From Podarcis pityusensis (lineage: Eukaryota): a stretch of DNA of 64,000 nucleotides. A model generated the notes under the pieces. It was not told where the DNA came from. It ran no database searches and saw only the letters and a program-made list of their open reading frames with translations. Shown piece after piece: positions 1 to 13,067 of the stretch. Each line of letters begins with the position of its first letter. The first letter of the stretch is position 1. The translations under genes and the position numbers were made by a program. The stretch is taken from NCBI GenBank assembly GCA_964106645.2, contig OZ067038.1, one strand, 5' to 3'.

Positions 1-289
1 AGACCAGAATGGGTGGTACCCACAACATTTGCTCAACAACCTGAATGTGCCTATGGGCCTAAAAAGAGTTATGCAACCCTTGCTAGATTAAAGTCTTAGA
101 ATAAGGTCTAACCTATTAAAATAAAGGGGTCCCTTAAAATAAGGGGCACCTGTGAGATTTCTGCCATCCGGTCCCAGCAGGAGTTTGTCCTGCAGCCCAA
201 TCTTTTCCACCCCCAATTCAGAAAATGTGCTCCATCCTCTGAATATTTTCCACCTTTTCTGCCATTATAGTAACTCTTTGCTGTTGCAG

Positions 290-562
290 AACCTCCTGTG
301 AGGGTTGTTCACTCCAATGCTGAGGAGGCCCATACCTACCAGGTCACAGAGCGTGTGGTGCTAACCTGTGAGCTGTCCCACCCCAATGCTCCCGTGCGCT
401 GGTACAAGGATGGGGAGGCAGTGAATGAAAGCGACAGCTTCTTACTGGAGAGTGAGGGCCCACACCACCACCTGGTCATTCCTGCAGCACAGGTGAAGGA
501 TGCAGGGGAATTTGTGTGTGACATAGGTGGAGATTCTGTGCTCTTCAACGTCACTGTTACAG
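290..562 (+). CDS. OBSL1: OBSL1 Ig exon, duplicated type, copy 1 (EPPVRVVHSNAEEAHTY...FNVTVT)
   Basis: ttgcag| acceptor, |gtcagt donor, 273 nt, phase 1-1. Confidence 0.92.
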
Positions 563-2539
563 GTCAGTAATTTCCCCCAAATGAAGGGCCACCACAATCC
601 GAACATGCCCTCCCTGCTCAGTCCTTGATAGCTTGGTACAAAGAATCAGATAGATAACAACCTTTTTTTCTGGCTCAGATAAGGGGACAAATGACAAGTA
701 GACTTGTGGCACTTAAAAACAATACAGGAATATATATCTGCATTCATAGGGAAAGGCCTGCTTCATCCAATGCATGGACAATGAAGATGGTGGATATCCA
801 TTTTTAATTCTGATTTTGATGAAATAGGCTCTTGTCTATCAAATCTCATGACAAAATTAAGTAGCTTGTCTTTAAGGTGCCACATGTTTCAGTTTGGGGT
901 AGGGTTTTAATCTTTTTTCTACAGCAGACTACATAGCTCCTTTTTCTGAGGAGTAGGAACATTCTTCTCAGCCATCTGGACTCTGGCACCTAAGTTGCAG
1001 AAGATTTTACAACAGTGATGTAGCAGACCAGGAACAATAGCGCACAGAGGTGTGTCTGGCACTTTCATTATGTAGTTTTCATTGTATGCTGAAGATGCAC
1101 CTCTTTGTCCTGGCCTGAGAGAGAGATATTTTCAGGAGACACACCCTATTATTGTGACTGTTGTTTTTATAAAGCCATTTTTAATACTGTGTTTTAAAAT
1201 AGCTTTCTAATTCACCCTACAACTTTAAATGAAAGGAGGGTAAGAAATATTAATATTAATAATAATGTGATCTCTTGGGGCACTATTTGTCAGTCCTTCT
1301 CATGTCAAATAAATGAGGCCTCTCACCAAGAGAAACTCACTAAATAAGTTAAGCCAAGGAAGATGTAGGCTACATTAGTGTGCATGACTAAGGCTGAAAG
1401 TGGATCTTTTATTTTGAAAAAAACCTTGAAGTTCCTTTAACCAAAATGTTACAAAATAGTGAGCAAGCTTTTGAGTCCACAAGAAGTCTTAATCAGGCTG
1501 AATGTTAAGCGAAGCAGATGGTGTGTGTTATATGAGGGGGAAAATACATTTTTAAAATGTATAGTCTGAGAAGGGGCATAGCTGTGGGGTTATCGTGAAG
1601 AGCACTCACACTCTTGAATTAACCACTCCATCACTGTTTTATAAACTTGAAACGCTGAGCTTTTCTGAAATTGTCTACTGGTGCTTCATTGTTCCAAACA
1701 CACAATTAGATTTTCAAAGGTTATTTCAAACACACCTCTCCCCTTTCGTTGTTTCTCAGCTAAGTTGCTGGTGTCACCATTCCAGAAAAAGAAAAGAAAC
1801 CTGTTCAACAGCATTGTTGGCCCAAAAGCTTAGGAATGAAGCTTGAGTGAAGTACCGGTAGCTGCTGTGAATGACCTAAAGCACAGGATTTCAACCTTTT
1901 TGAGTCCATGACTCCCTTTACCAACTACATTCTTTCTGCGGCACCCCTGTGGGACTCAGGAGCCCAGTTATGTCACCCTGTTTGCCTGCAGAGCTGGCAG
2001 CTTCTCATACTTTTCAAACACCCTCCCTCGTTGAGAGAGGGAGACTTGCCCAGTGGCTTGGCAGTTTGAGTTTCATGGCAAAGTCAGAATCTGTATGTGG
2101 GCCATTCTGTGTCCAAGCCCTACATGTTAATGGCATTTATAATTTCTAAATTACTTTAACTGTTAGCTAAGTGAGCAAATTCCCATTCCATAACAACCCT
2201 GCAAGATTGGTCACTGTTATCTCTGTTGTGTGTAGATGGGAGAGCTGAAGTTGACAAACAGTGGCTTGCTCAAGGCCAAACAAAGAGTCTGTGGCAAAGG
2301 TGACATTTGAAATCCAAGTCTTCCAAATACAAATTCATCTTTCTTTCTTCTAAACCAGCTGACCTCTTAGTAATGGGAGATATGATGGCACAAGGTTCTG
2401 TCACTGAAAGCAGGCCTCCTTGTGCACCCTTCCTTTCCTCCAAGGTGATATGCATAGTTCTCCCCACTTTATCCTCGCAGCAACCTTGCGAGGCAGGTGA
2501 GACGGAGAGGCAGTGATGGCTCTCCCACGTCCCAGTGTA

Positions 2540-2847
2540 ACACCCATCGTTCTGCCCGGACGCTGAGATCCAGCGCCGAGGGCCTTCTGGCGGTTCCCTC
2601 ATTGCGAGAAGCAAAGCTACAGGGAACCAGGCAGAGGGCCTTCTCGGTAGTGGCGCCCGCTCTGTGGAATGCCCTCCCATCGGATGTCAAAGCGATAAAC
2701 AACTACCTGACATTCAGAAGACATCTTAAGGCAGCCCTATTCAGGGAAGTTTTTAATGTGTGATATTTTAGTGTATTTTTGGTTTCTATGTAAGCCGCCC
2801 AGATTGGCTGGGGAAACCCAGCCAGATGGGCGGGGTACAAATAATAA

Positions 2848-2880
<33 letters not shown>
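2540..2880 (+). mobile_element. L2-clade LINE 3' end, young, (ATT)n tail; inserted into a MIR-like SINE remnant (about 2430-2538)
   Basis: RAFSVVAPALWNALP...FRRHLKAALF ORF2 C-terminus; near-identical to the copy at 54339. Confidence 0.85.
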
Positions 2881-2882
<2 letters not shown>

Positions 2883-2985
2883 GCTCACAGTTTTTTGAGT
2901 TCGTTTCCAATTCTAGAGTGGGGATGCAACAGGCTCTGGGGTAGTAATAGGCTTTTCATGGTGCAGTTCTCCCTCCCCTTCCCAG

Positions 2986-3258
2986 ACCCTCCTGTAAGGA
3001 TCCTGCACTCCAACGCTGAAGAGACCCATGCCTACCGAAACTCTGAACGTGTGGTGCTGGCCTGCCAGCTGTCCCGCCCTGATGCTCCCGTGCGCTGGTA
3101 CAAGGATGGGGAAGAGGTGGAAGAAAGTGAGCGCCTCCTGCTGGAGAGTGAGGGCTCACACTGCCGCCTTGTCATTGCCTCTGCACAAATCCATGATACA
3201 GGGGAGTTTGTATGTGATGCAGGCGGTGACTCTGCCTTCTTCAACATCACCATCACAG
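2986..3258 (+). CDS. OBSL1: OBSL1 Ig exon, duplicated type, copy 2 (DPPVRILHSNAEETHAY...)
   Basis: cccag| and |gtgaga, 273 nt, phase 1-1. Confidence 0.92.
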
Positions 3259-3660
3259 GTGAGAGCTGTCCCCTGTCCTTCCCCACTTTTTATATATACA
3301 TTACTTTTTATATATACATTTTATATATACATTACATAAATATACATTATTTATATCTTGCCTTCTTGACAGCCAAGGGGTGCTCAGGGAGGGAGAAGTG
3401 GTTGCTCAGGGAGGAAGAAGTGGTTACCATTTGAGGGAGAACTTGTCTCCCCCAGCACTGCTCCTTAAAGGTGCCCTGTGCAGCTCCTTTCCACCTCTGA
3501 CATAGGAGGGCAAAGGGAGCCCCTCAGAAAGACTTGCAACATCCTGTGCAATCCTCCCCATGCTTTGCACCTCTGACATTGTGGGTGGAAAGGAGGGTTG
3601 CAGGAGGATTGCAGAGGGCTTTGCAAGCCTCCCCATGCTTCCCCTTTGCACCTCTGACAT

Positions 3661-3895
3661 CAGTATACCTGAAGGAGCGTCTCCACCCCCATCGTTCAGT
3701 CCGGACACTGAGGTTCATCTCTGAAGATCTGGCAGTTCCCTCACTGCCAGAAGTGAGGTTACAGGGAACCAGGCAGAGGGCCTTCTCGGTAGTGGCACCC
3801 GCCCTGTGGAACGCCCTCCCATCATATGTCAAGGAAATAAAAAATTATCTGACTTTTAGAAGACATCTGAAGAAAACCCTGTATTGGGAAGTTTT
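3661..3895 (+). mobile_element. L2 LINE fragment (ORF2 C-terminus, no tail)
   Basis: YLKERLHPHRS..RAFSVVAPALWNALP. Confidence 0.8.
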
Positions 3896-3988
3896 ATTCC
3901 ATCCCCCAGCAATGCTGGAATCTCAACTAAAGCATCCAGCCACTGCATATAAACCTCCAAGGAAGGTGACACTTCTTTTTTGTCACAG

Positions 3989-4261
3989 AGCCACCTGTGC
4001 ACGTTGTGTGCTCCAACGCGGAAGAAGATCATACCTATCAGATCTTGGAATGTGTGACATTGTCCTGTGAGTTGTCCCGTCCTGATGCCCCTGTGCTCTG
4101 GTACAAAGATGGGGAAGAGGTGGAAGAGAGTGAGGGACTTCGGCTAGAGAGTGAAGGATCCCATCACCGGCTGGTCATTGCCTCAGCTTGCGTACAGGAC
4201 ACAGGAGAGTTTGTGTGTGATGCAGGTGGCGACTCTGTTTTCTTCAGTATTACTGTTACAG
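3989..4261 (+). CDS. OBSL1: OBSL1 Ig exon, duplicated type, copy 3 (EPPVHVVCSNAEEDHTY...)
   Basis: cacag| and |gtcagt, 273 nt. Confidence 0.92.
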
Positions 4262-5101
4262 GTCAGTGTGAGATTTGTTGTTTTTCCCCAGACATGCATT
4301 TTAAGGCCAATAATGGTCCTCAATCTTAAGGCTAGGGAGCCTTTCACTTCTAAAACTCAAGACAATGCAGTCTTTTTGTAACTTTTCATAGCCATGTTTG
4401 AGTTAAATGATACCAAAAGAGGATTCAGTCTGCCCCCTTTGTCATTAGCGATTGTTTCTGAGCATGTAGTTGAGAACTTCTTATTTATCTCTCTCCTTTG
4501 TAAGCATTCGTTATTTCTTCTGAACCTCTCTTCTCTGTGGCTGTTCCATGACACTTTCCTGCCCTGTACTGAATTTTTTTGAAGGTCTTTGCTGAATAGC
4601 TTTAATGCACGGAATTCAGCCACTTCAGATTCAGAACTCTTGAGTGAATATATCTTGTCATCTAGGGAGACTTCGCTTTGTTAATTATCAGTTCTCTTCA
4701 GTGCCCAAAAACTTGGTGGCTTTTGATACAGCAGACAAACATAGCTTCTCCTCCAAAACACTTTGTTGACAATTTCTCAGTTTTAAAGGCAATCTAGATT
4801 ATATGTCCAGTATAGATTACAGAGTTGGCAAAGGGTTTGATGAGAACACGAGTTCTCCCAAAGAATCCTGGGAACTGTAGCTCTGAGAGGTAAACTACAG
4901 TTTACCTTCTTTTGAGGAAGCCGTGTGTGTTAAGTGTATGTACACAGCCTTGGTGTCCAACAATATCTGAAGGGCCCAGAGTCCCCCAGCCCTATTTTAT
5001 ATGGTTCTATTCTACTTCCCAAGATTTTGGTGTGGTGTTGGTGGAGAGGGCATGTTTCTTTCTACTGATCCCCATCTATAGAATGTCTCTTCTTGCCACA
5101 G

Positions 5102-5374
5102 AACCTCCTGTGAGGGTTCTTCGCTCCAATGCTGAGGAGGCCCATACCTACAAGGTTGCAGAGCAGGTGGTGCTGGCCTGTGAGCTGTCCCGCCCTGATG
5201 CTCCCGTGTGCTGGTACAAGGATGGGGAAGAGGTGGAAGAAAGTGATTGCCTCCTGCTGGAGAGTGATGGACCCCACCGACGGCTGATCATTCCTTCAGT
5301 GCAGATGAAGGACGCAGGGGAGTTTGTGTGCGATGCAGACAGTGATTCTGTTTTCTTCAACATCACGGTTACTG
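5102..5374 (+). CDS. OBSL1: OBSL1 Ig exon, duplicated type, copy 4 (EPPVRVLRSNAEEAHTY...)
   Basis: cacag| and |gtaaga, 273 nt. Confidence 0.92.
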
Positions 5375-6071
5375 GTAAGAGAACTAATCAATTTATCTTC
5401 GTAGAGAGACGTCCCCTCCCAAACCCATGCCCTTTGCTCTTTTCTGTGCTGCAGTCCATGGTGCTTCAAAGGCCTCATTGGTGTACTTTGGTCAGAACCA
5501 ACAGGGAGAGGAGCGTAACTGCCATGCTGCATAATTTGTACTTGGCCCATCTTGTTTTGTGCTGTGTTTATGAACAGTCATCAGACAGATGCCTGAAGGA
5601 AGTTCATGTTCACTGTTGATAGTATCTGGTGGTTAGAGGTCTACTGACTCCGAATAAACACAGGAGTTGCACTTTGGGCTGTTCTGAGTAGTAAGCCACT
5701 CTATCCTCATTTATTATCTAATCCTTTGACAAAACTTTATGTTGGTTGTCATCACAACATCCTGTGTCAGTCAGTATCATAAGCTGATTATACCTTGTGC
5801 AAAGAGGTTCTTTCCTTTGTTTGTCTGAAACCTCCCACTTCTTATCCATTTCAGTGGATTAGTTTACAGTATACATCTTGAGTGGGAGTGAATAATATTT
5901 TCCTATTCACTCTTTTTCATGCCGTTAGTGAATTCTGTTCAGAAGACATTGGTCTTTCTTCTTTTTAAGCTAAAAAAATAAATAAAATCAAACTACTTCA
6001 TTTACAAGAAAGATACTTGATCTCCTGAATTCTTTTAGTTGCCTTTTTCTGCCATCATTTGCTCTGCTACT

Positions 6072-6560
6072 TCCAGAGGAGTAGCTGTGTTAGTCTGTTG
6101 CAGAAAAAACAACAAAGAATCTTGTGACACCTTAAAAACCAAAAAGTTATGGCACAAGTGTTTGTGAGCTACAGTCCGCTTCATCAGATTCATGAAGTGT
6201 AATCCTCAGGTGCAGATGTATGTATGTAGATACGTAGAGACGCACACACAGAGATTGTAAGAGGGGGATTTATAAGCAGTGAGGTCAGAGACAGATGAAA
6301 TGCAAAAAGTACAGATAATGACAATTAGAGCTGAAATATATGCAAAATAAGCACAGTGACCCTTTACAAAGCAGTGATAGGTGATAATCAGGTTGACAGT
6401 GCTGAGTTAATTAACATCTGAAGTGGGAAGGGAAACAATTGAATAGAATTGATGGCCTTGATGAATTGTAATTCAGCAGTTTCAGGCTGGAGCCTCTCTT
6501 TGTAATTCATTCCTTCAAGTATGGCAATATTAAGATCAGTGCCAAATGTCAAGGGCAAAT
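6072..6560 (-). mobile_element. Penelope-like element 3' fragment; related remnants at about 700-940, 1440-1860 and 4400-4750
   Basis: Minus-strand translation DLNIAILEGMNYKERLQPETAELQFIK resembles a GIY-YIG C-terminus; typical gtgagctacagtccgcttcatcaga terminus. Confidence 0.6.
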
Positions 6561-7399
6561 GGAGCTAAGCTTGGAGCTTTGAATTCAGACTGAGTCAATT
6601 TGAGAAAAAGGTCAGACCTATAGGCTTTATGGGGGCTCTGAAGATCCTAGGAGCTGCCTTCCAATAACCTAAGTGAGGAGCAGTGTCTGTTGTGAATTTC
6701 CACTTATGTTCAACCTTTAAATTTGCAAATATTTATAAATTCCAGTAAGCTTCCAGTGACCTCCTTAGAAAGGAAACAGAGCTTCAGCCAGTCCTCATTC
6801 ACTGCACCCCTGAACCCTCTCAATCCAGGCATGCATAACTGTTATTATAAATGTGGGTTCATCACAGGTTTATATAAGGAAGTTGTGTTATTTGCTACTT
6901 TATTTTCAGGCACTTTCTCAAAAATTCCTAGCACGGCATTTGCCTTCCAAAAAACAAAAATATGGCAGCACGCTGAGATGACATTTTCAATAAGCTTTCC
7001 CTCTCTCTTTCGCATGCACTCTGCCCCCACACTTATGCTTCCCATGACACATTGGTTTCTCCTGCCCCCTTCACTTTGCTATCTGGTTCCTGATCCACTG
7101 CTTTTCACTTTGGTTAGAAAAAAAGACAACCTACCAAGCATCCTCCCCCAACCAGTGGTGTAGTGGTCTAAGGTCGGGCGGGGGGGGGGGCGGAGTGCTG
7201 GTGGTGGATGGATTTGAAGAAGTTCACTCTGCTTGTCATGTGATACTTTGAGTTCCAAGCACCCACTGAAGCAGGCAGACGGTCACAGGTCAGCACTTTA
7301 CTGTTCAGTGGCTATCCAGCTATGAAGCAGGCAGTAGCTGACCAGTGAGACACAATGATTTCTCCCATTGGTGAAGACAACCCATAGTGTTTATACCTA

Positions 7400-7856
7400 A
7401 TGCCAATCAGGTTGAGCTTATAACTTGTAATTGCTGCCTCCCATGTTGTTTTTGCTGCGTTTGCAGCACCAAAGTGACCTCCTCAGGGCGCAAGCCTGCG
7501 CAGTCTGTATGGAGGTCCTGGGCTGCCCAGATGACAAGACCACCACTCTCAGACTCACTGGTGTGATCCAAAGAAAAGCAATACATTTGGCACCAGCTTG
7601 GCTGCAGGAGTTGCCGGAAGGAGGCATACAAGACGCCATCCAACCACCTTAGGGACTCCTGTCCGGATTTGTATAGGGTTTACTCCTTAGCCTTTTCTTC
7701 TCCCAAAGATGTCCTGCAAGGCAGCAGGTACAGATTCTCCCTCAGGATTTACTCTGAAACCTTTCTGAATGAGTATAGCAGTGAGGCAGTGGAGGTTTAG
7801 GATCAGAGTTTTCCTTCTCCCAGATGGGCTACCTTCCCAGGTTGTTAACCCCACTA
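7400..7856. mobile_element. Old RTE-like LINE remnant next to a Sauria SINE insertion
   Basis: ttttccttctcccagatgggctaccttcccaggtt motif, recalled from RTE-clade elements; weak support. Confidence 0.35.
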
Positions 7857-7867
7857 TATTTCTGCAA

Positions 7868-8226
7868 GGGACGTGTGTGTTGCTGTGGTCTAAACCACAG
7901 AGCCTAGGGCTTGCTGATCGGAAGGTCGGCGGTTCAAATCCTCGTGACAGGGTGAGCTCCCATTGCTTGGTCCCTGTTCCTGCCAACCTAGCAGTTTGAA
8001 AGCATGTCAAAGTGCAAGTAGATAAATAGGTACCGCTCCGGCGGGAAGGTAAAAGGCGATTCCATGCGCTGCTCTGGTTCGCCAGAAGCGGCTTAGTCAT
8101 GCTGGCCACATGACTCAGAAGCTGTATGCTGGCTCCCTCGGCCAATAAAGCGAGATGAGTGTCGCAACCCCAGAGTTGGTCACGACTGGACCTAATGGTC
8201 AGGGGTCTCTTTACCTTTGCCTTTAC
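7868..8226 (+). mobile_element. Sauria SINE, full length, 10-bp TSD TATTTCTGCA (7857-7866 and 8227-8236)
   Basis: tRNA-like A/B boxes, conserved body, ACCTTT-type tail, TSD. Confidence 0.92.
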
Positions 8227-8734
8227 TATTTCTGCAGCAGGGTTCCTGCAGGGTCTCCAGTCTCCTAGAGCCACCCAATCAGCATGAAGGGACGGGGGGG
8301 GGGGCTTTTTAGCCACTTTGTGATCCAACATGAAACATTTAGGAACACTAAAAACACAAGGTGCTTCAGTTTCAGGAGAATGGTGTGCTGAAAGAAGATA
8401 CTGAAGCACTCCAAATCATTTTCCATGTATGTATGCAGAAAATAGTAAATCTAACTAAAATGAAGACCTGCATTGATCATTGCAATGTATCTTTAATTAT
8501 TATTATTGTATAATTATAAGATTATTGCCTAGTCTTAGAAAGTTGCATACCCTTAGCAGGGGCATAGCAGTGAGGGTATGTGGCTGTGACACATACCGTA
8601 ACTGTGAAGGGACCTTGCACTTCTGATTTTGCTACTACACTACTGCCCCCAGCAGTCTCCAAATCTGCTTCTAATTCCTGAAACTTCTTTCTCTCTCTCT
8701 CTCTCTCACACTCACACACACACGCACCCTGTAG

Positions 8735-9007
8735 AGCCACCTGTGCAGATTCTGCACTCCAACGCAGATGCGTCCCATTCTTACCAGGCCTCCGAACGTG
8801 TGGTGCTGTCCTGTGTGCTGTCCTGCTCCAGTGCCCCTGTCCGCTGGTACAAGGATGGGGAGGAAGTGGAAGAGGGAGAGCGCTTGCTGCTGGAGAACGA
8901 AGGGCCCCTCCGACGACTTGTCCTTGCCTCAGCCCAGGTGCAAGATTCAGGCGAGTTTGTGTGCGACACTGGGACTGATTCTGCCTTCTTTGTGGTTACA
9001 GTTGCAG
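8735..9007 (+). CDS. OBSL1: OBSL1 Ig exon, duplicated type, copy 5 (EPPVQILHSNADASHSY...)
   Basis: ctgtag| after a (CT)n(CA)n tract, |gttagt donor, 273 nt. Confidence 0.9.
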
Positions 9008-9142
9008 GTTAGTAAATGTACAGTGGCGCCTTCCTTGGGACTCTTCCCCTGACCACTCTAATACATGGCATATATGTCCTCAGAGTCCCACTTTGAAGCC
9101 CATTCCTAAGCTTCTGTCAGAGTAGACAATACTGAGCTGGAT

Positions 9143-9598
9143 TAGGGGTGGGAAACTGGATTTAGACAACAGGCCAGATTCTGATGTCCCCACACTCTCC
9201 ATGGGCCACTTTGGCAGGTGGTCAGCCCCACCCGCCTGCCAATCACCTGATGTCAGCATGCCATCAGGTGAAATATTTCACTTTGCACACCAGCTTAAAT
9301 TCACTGTTGGAGCTAATCCCTGCAGGCTGGCATTTGGCACTGAATTTAAATTCATCACCAGTAAATGTAAGCTCCAGTTGCAGCAGGGACTGACTCTGCT
9401 TGAGAATTTAGAAGGCACTGAAGGGAAGCCCCACTTGCAGTGGAACAACTGGGAGCTGGCTTTAAGGCTCCCAATTGTTCCTTAGTAGCCTCAGTTTTAC
9501 CCGCGGATGTCACCTGTGGGAGGGAGGGTGTGGCTGGGGGAAAATAAGGACTCCTGCCAGGCCTACTTTGGCTGGCAGGCTGAAGGTTCCCCAAGCTG
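9143..9598. mobile_element. hAT-type non-autonomous element; related fragment in opposite orientation at about 36930-37130
   Basis: TAGGGGTGGGAAAC...GGTTCCCCAAGCTG termini; degenerate 8-bp TSD AGCTGGAT/AGCTAGAC. Confidence 0.55.
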
Positions 9599-12500
9599 AG
9601 CTAGACCTACAAGTTGCGTGACCTGGTATAAGATAGCATCCTATGTTCCAAGGGCATGGGCACCTGAGCTCAAATTCCAGGGATCACTTTTGCATTTAGC
9701 TTCTATAATCTGTATTGCACTTCACTGTGGAGCCATATGGCAGAGATAATGCCAGTTTGAGCTTTTCCTGTGCTACGTCCTGAAAAAAACTCTAAGAAAG
9801 TTGCCTTATATTGAGCAAGACAACCTGTCCATCTAGCTCAGTGTTGCCTACACTGATTGGCAGCAGCTGTCCAGGGTTTGACACGTTTTTTTCTCAAGCC
9901 CTACCTGGACACACTGGCGATTGAACCTAGGATGTGAAACGTATGCTCCACAACAGAGCTATATGGGTTCAGTGGTTAGAGCAGAAGCTGGTGAATGAAG
10001 CCAGCTAGAGCTGCACCCAGCGGGTGCTTTCGAAAGTGGAAGTTGACAGGCCTGGATTCAGATTTCTGTTAATTGATTTATGTATTGGAAAGGGTGGGGA
10101 GGAGACAGAAGTCAACTCTTGTTCCCCCATGGGCCACCCCTGAGCCTTAGAGGCAAGCAGAGATATTTAAATGATATTTACTAAGAAGTTTAAATGAAAG
10201 TACAATATGTAATTGAATATATATTGAAAGAGGAATAGATGTTCATGAGAAAATGAAATTAAGAAATGCTGAAAATAACAAAAAGCAATACAGTTTGTAT
10301 ATATTGTCTTTCCTACCATATCTGAGTGGGCTCAGAGAGGGTTACAAGATACCCAGAGAAATGAACAGAAATGTCTCTCCTAGATTCCAATCCAACACTT
10401 GGTTTTGCTACACAACACGGATCCTGTGCCATGCTGCACATTTGCATCATATGGGAGTGTCTGGCTTTAGTTAGGAGGGGCTGTGCCAGCCCTTGCTTTT
10501 CCCAAAGCCAAACCATGGTGCTGAGCCCTATGAGCCCTACTGCAGCTTCTGTGCTCAGGCTAAGCCCTTCCCAGCTCTAGAGCCAGGGGCTGCAGTAGCT
10601 GTGGAGATCCTGTCATGACTTTGTGGGCCAAAGGTATGTGTCTGTGGGCTTGCTTCTCATGCTTAAGCCCCTGATCTTTGTGGAGGTGTGTCTTGGCCAT
10701 AGGGAAGGGAAGGGCAAGCTTTTTCCAGCCTAAGGGCCACACTCCTTTCTAAGTAACATACAGGGGGCCACATGCCAGTGGTGTACAGAAGGAAAAGTGG
10801 GCAGAACAGCGAATACAAAATTCACCTTTGTTCAGTAAGCTGGTTTCTGCACACATTCACAGGACTCTCTTTGTCCTCCATCCAGAGAAGCAAGAGGCAT
10901 TATCCGAATTCTCAAGGTTGCAGTCCCAGCCAGGCAAAAACATTTGAGAAGGATGCAGAGCAGCACCAGTGAAGGGTGTGGTAGCCTGGGAAGAGGCTGT
11001 GTAGCTGGGGAGAACCCTGAGAGGCAGGTGGAGAGACCAGAGAGCAACATTTGGCTCTTGGGCTTGAGGTGGGGAACCTCACCCCTGGCTTAGAGGATGG
11101 CCGCAGCAAGCCAGTCTCCAGCTTTGACTGCATCATGACCCAATGGGTGGAGTACTCATTGCAGCTTTGGGGATCCAGTGGAGATCCATGCAACTAAAAG
11201 TGCTGTTGTCTGGCACAATGTGGGAGGTGAGGTGGGAAGGGAGCATATGGCAGGCCAGCCTTTATCTTCCATTTTCACCCTAAATCCTGGCTCCAGAGGC
11301 TGAGGGCTTATAGCTCTACACTTCTCTCCCTTATCAGCATTTGCTGGCATCATGAAAGCAACATGGCCTTCACCCCCTTGTGATTTCTGCAGGTTTGGGT
11401 AGAGGCAGGGTTTCCCCCCATCCCCACCCAACAAACCAAGATTTTGCTCCATCCCTCCTGACTCATCACAGACCCTCACACTCCTATCCTCTTCCTCTGC
11501 TGTTTTGCTGCCCAGCAAACCTGCCCACTAGCTGCCTACTAGAGCAGTGGTTTTCACACTTGAAAATTTTGCCCGTCTGTATTTATTCAAGATACTAGTC
11601 CAGATTCAACTAAATTGTTATGTTAGCAGAAGCCAATGGAAGGCTCCTATTAGTGCAATAGGATCTTCCTCCATCAACGCGCCCCCCCCCCCGTGCTCCC
11701 CCACTCCTTCCTCATGTGTTCCCTCCCTCCCCACATCCACTCAGCAGGGTCAGGAGATCCCCTAGAACAGCATGAGAGGGGAAGAGATGGGAGATAGTTC
11801 TGCCCGGCAGGCGGAAATGCTTCCACTGACAGTAGTGTTTACCCAGCAACTTTATGGACCCCTGTGGGAATCCATCCTCCTCCAAATCTGTTGGATGAGG
11901 CTAGCCATGCACTGGAAACATTAACAGGGCTACAGTGGCCCACTGATTGATGATGTCCTTCTCTCTCCCGCCCACCTAATGCTCTCTGCAATTTTTCACA
12001 GTTTCCAGCATTATTATATACGCACTTTCACCCACATATATTTTATATAATGAATATATGCAGTAAACAACCAATAGCTATAATAAACAATAAAAGCAAA
12101 ATCTAAAATAATGATCAAAGCAAATTCTTTCCCAATGGGCGATCAAGTCAGAGAAGAGAATTACGGCTCACCTAAAAGTTACTATCGCTGGTTGTAAATT
12201 GAATTACCTTCTGCATACCCCTCTGAATATCAATTCTTCATTCAATACCGATTCAATTACATATTGTGCTTTCATTTTAACTTCTCAGTAAAGTTAATTT
12301 AAACTTCTTTGGTTGTCTGTCAGATTCACAGGCACTCCAATAAGCTCCTCATCAGGGAACTGGAGTTCAGCTCTGGATCTTTTCCAAGGCACAATTCAGA
12401 GAAAAGTCTTGGTTCAACATTACAAATTGCTGTAACTTGAGACACATCCCACTCAACTGCACCTCTGGTATAAGTTGAGCCTGTTGAAACAGGGGAAGAG

Positions 12501-13067
12501 AAAAAGACAAGAGTAACATACAGAGTTCACTTCCTGCTCCCTGTTTGAAAGCCACTATTTGAGAAGCAGAACTATGATGGAGGAAGTTGCTTGCCCACAC
12601 ATGAGTCCAGAGTAATATCTTGTTTGTCTGCCATTGGTTGCCATACAAATGGTTACACTCAGTTGAAAATGGGAAGTGCCAATTAAAGTGCCAGGGGGCT
12701 GGGACCCCTTGGAAAGCTTTCTGTTTCACCTGTGCTCATAACCAGGGCTCTGTTTTGAACTCTAGGAAGCAGGAAAACAATGTGCCTCTGAGCATGTGCA
12801 AAGTGTCTCCCTGCACCCACATCTCTGAGCAATTACCAGGCCCTTTCATTTGGCATTGCAGGTCAGAGGATATGACATTTAGTTATTCTTGAGCCCACCT
12901 CTCCTTTCAGAAACTGAGCCCTTTCTATAAATTAAAGGGGCAACTGAGATAGGATATTTTGTTCCATAGCACAGATTCCCTGTAGGTCAATTTGAGATCA
13001 TGTGTCCTCCTTCCTGTGGCCACAGGAGCACAAAGGTGCTCCACCCATTCACAATGTCTCTCTTCAG

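Noticed and set aside
7868-7945. tRNA genes
   Set aside because: These are tRNA-derived SINE heads, not complete cloverleaf genes
7687-8409. 240-aa ORF, and the similar ORF at 15595-15924
   Set aside because: Antisense translation of Sauria SINEs
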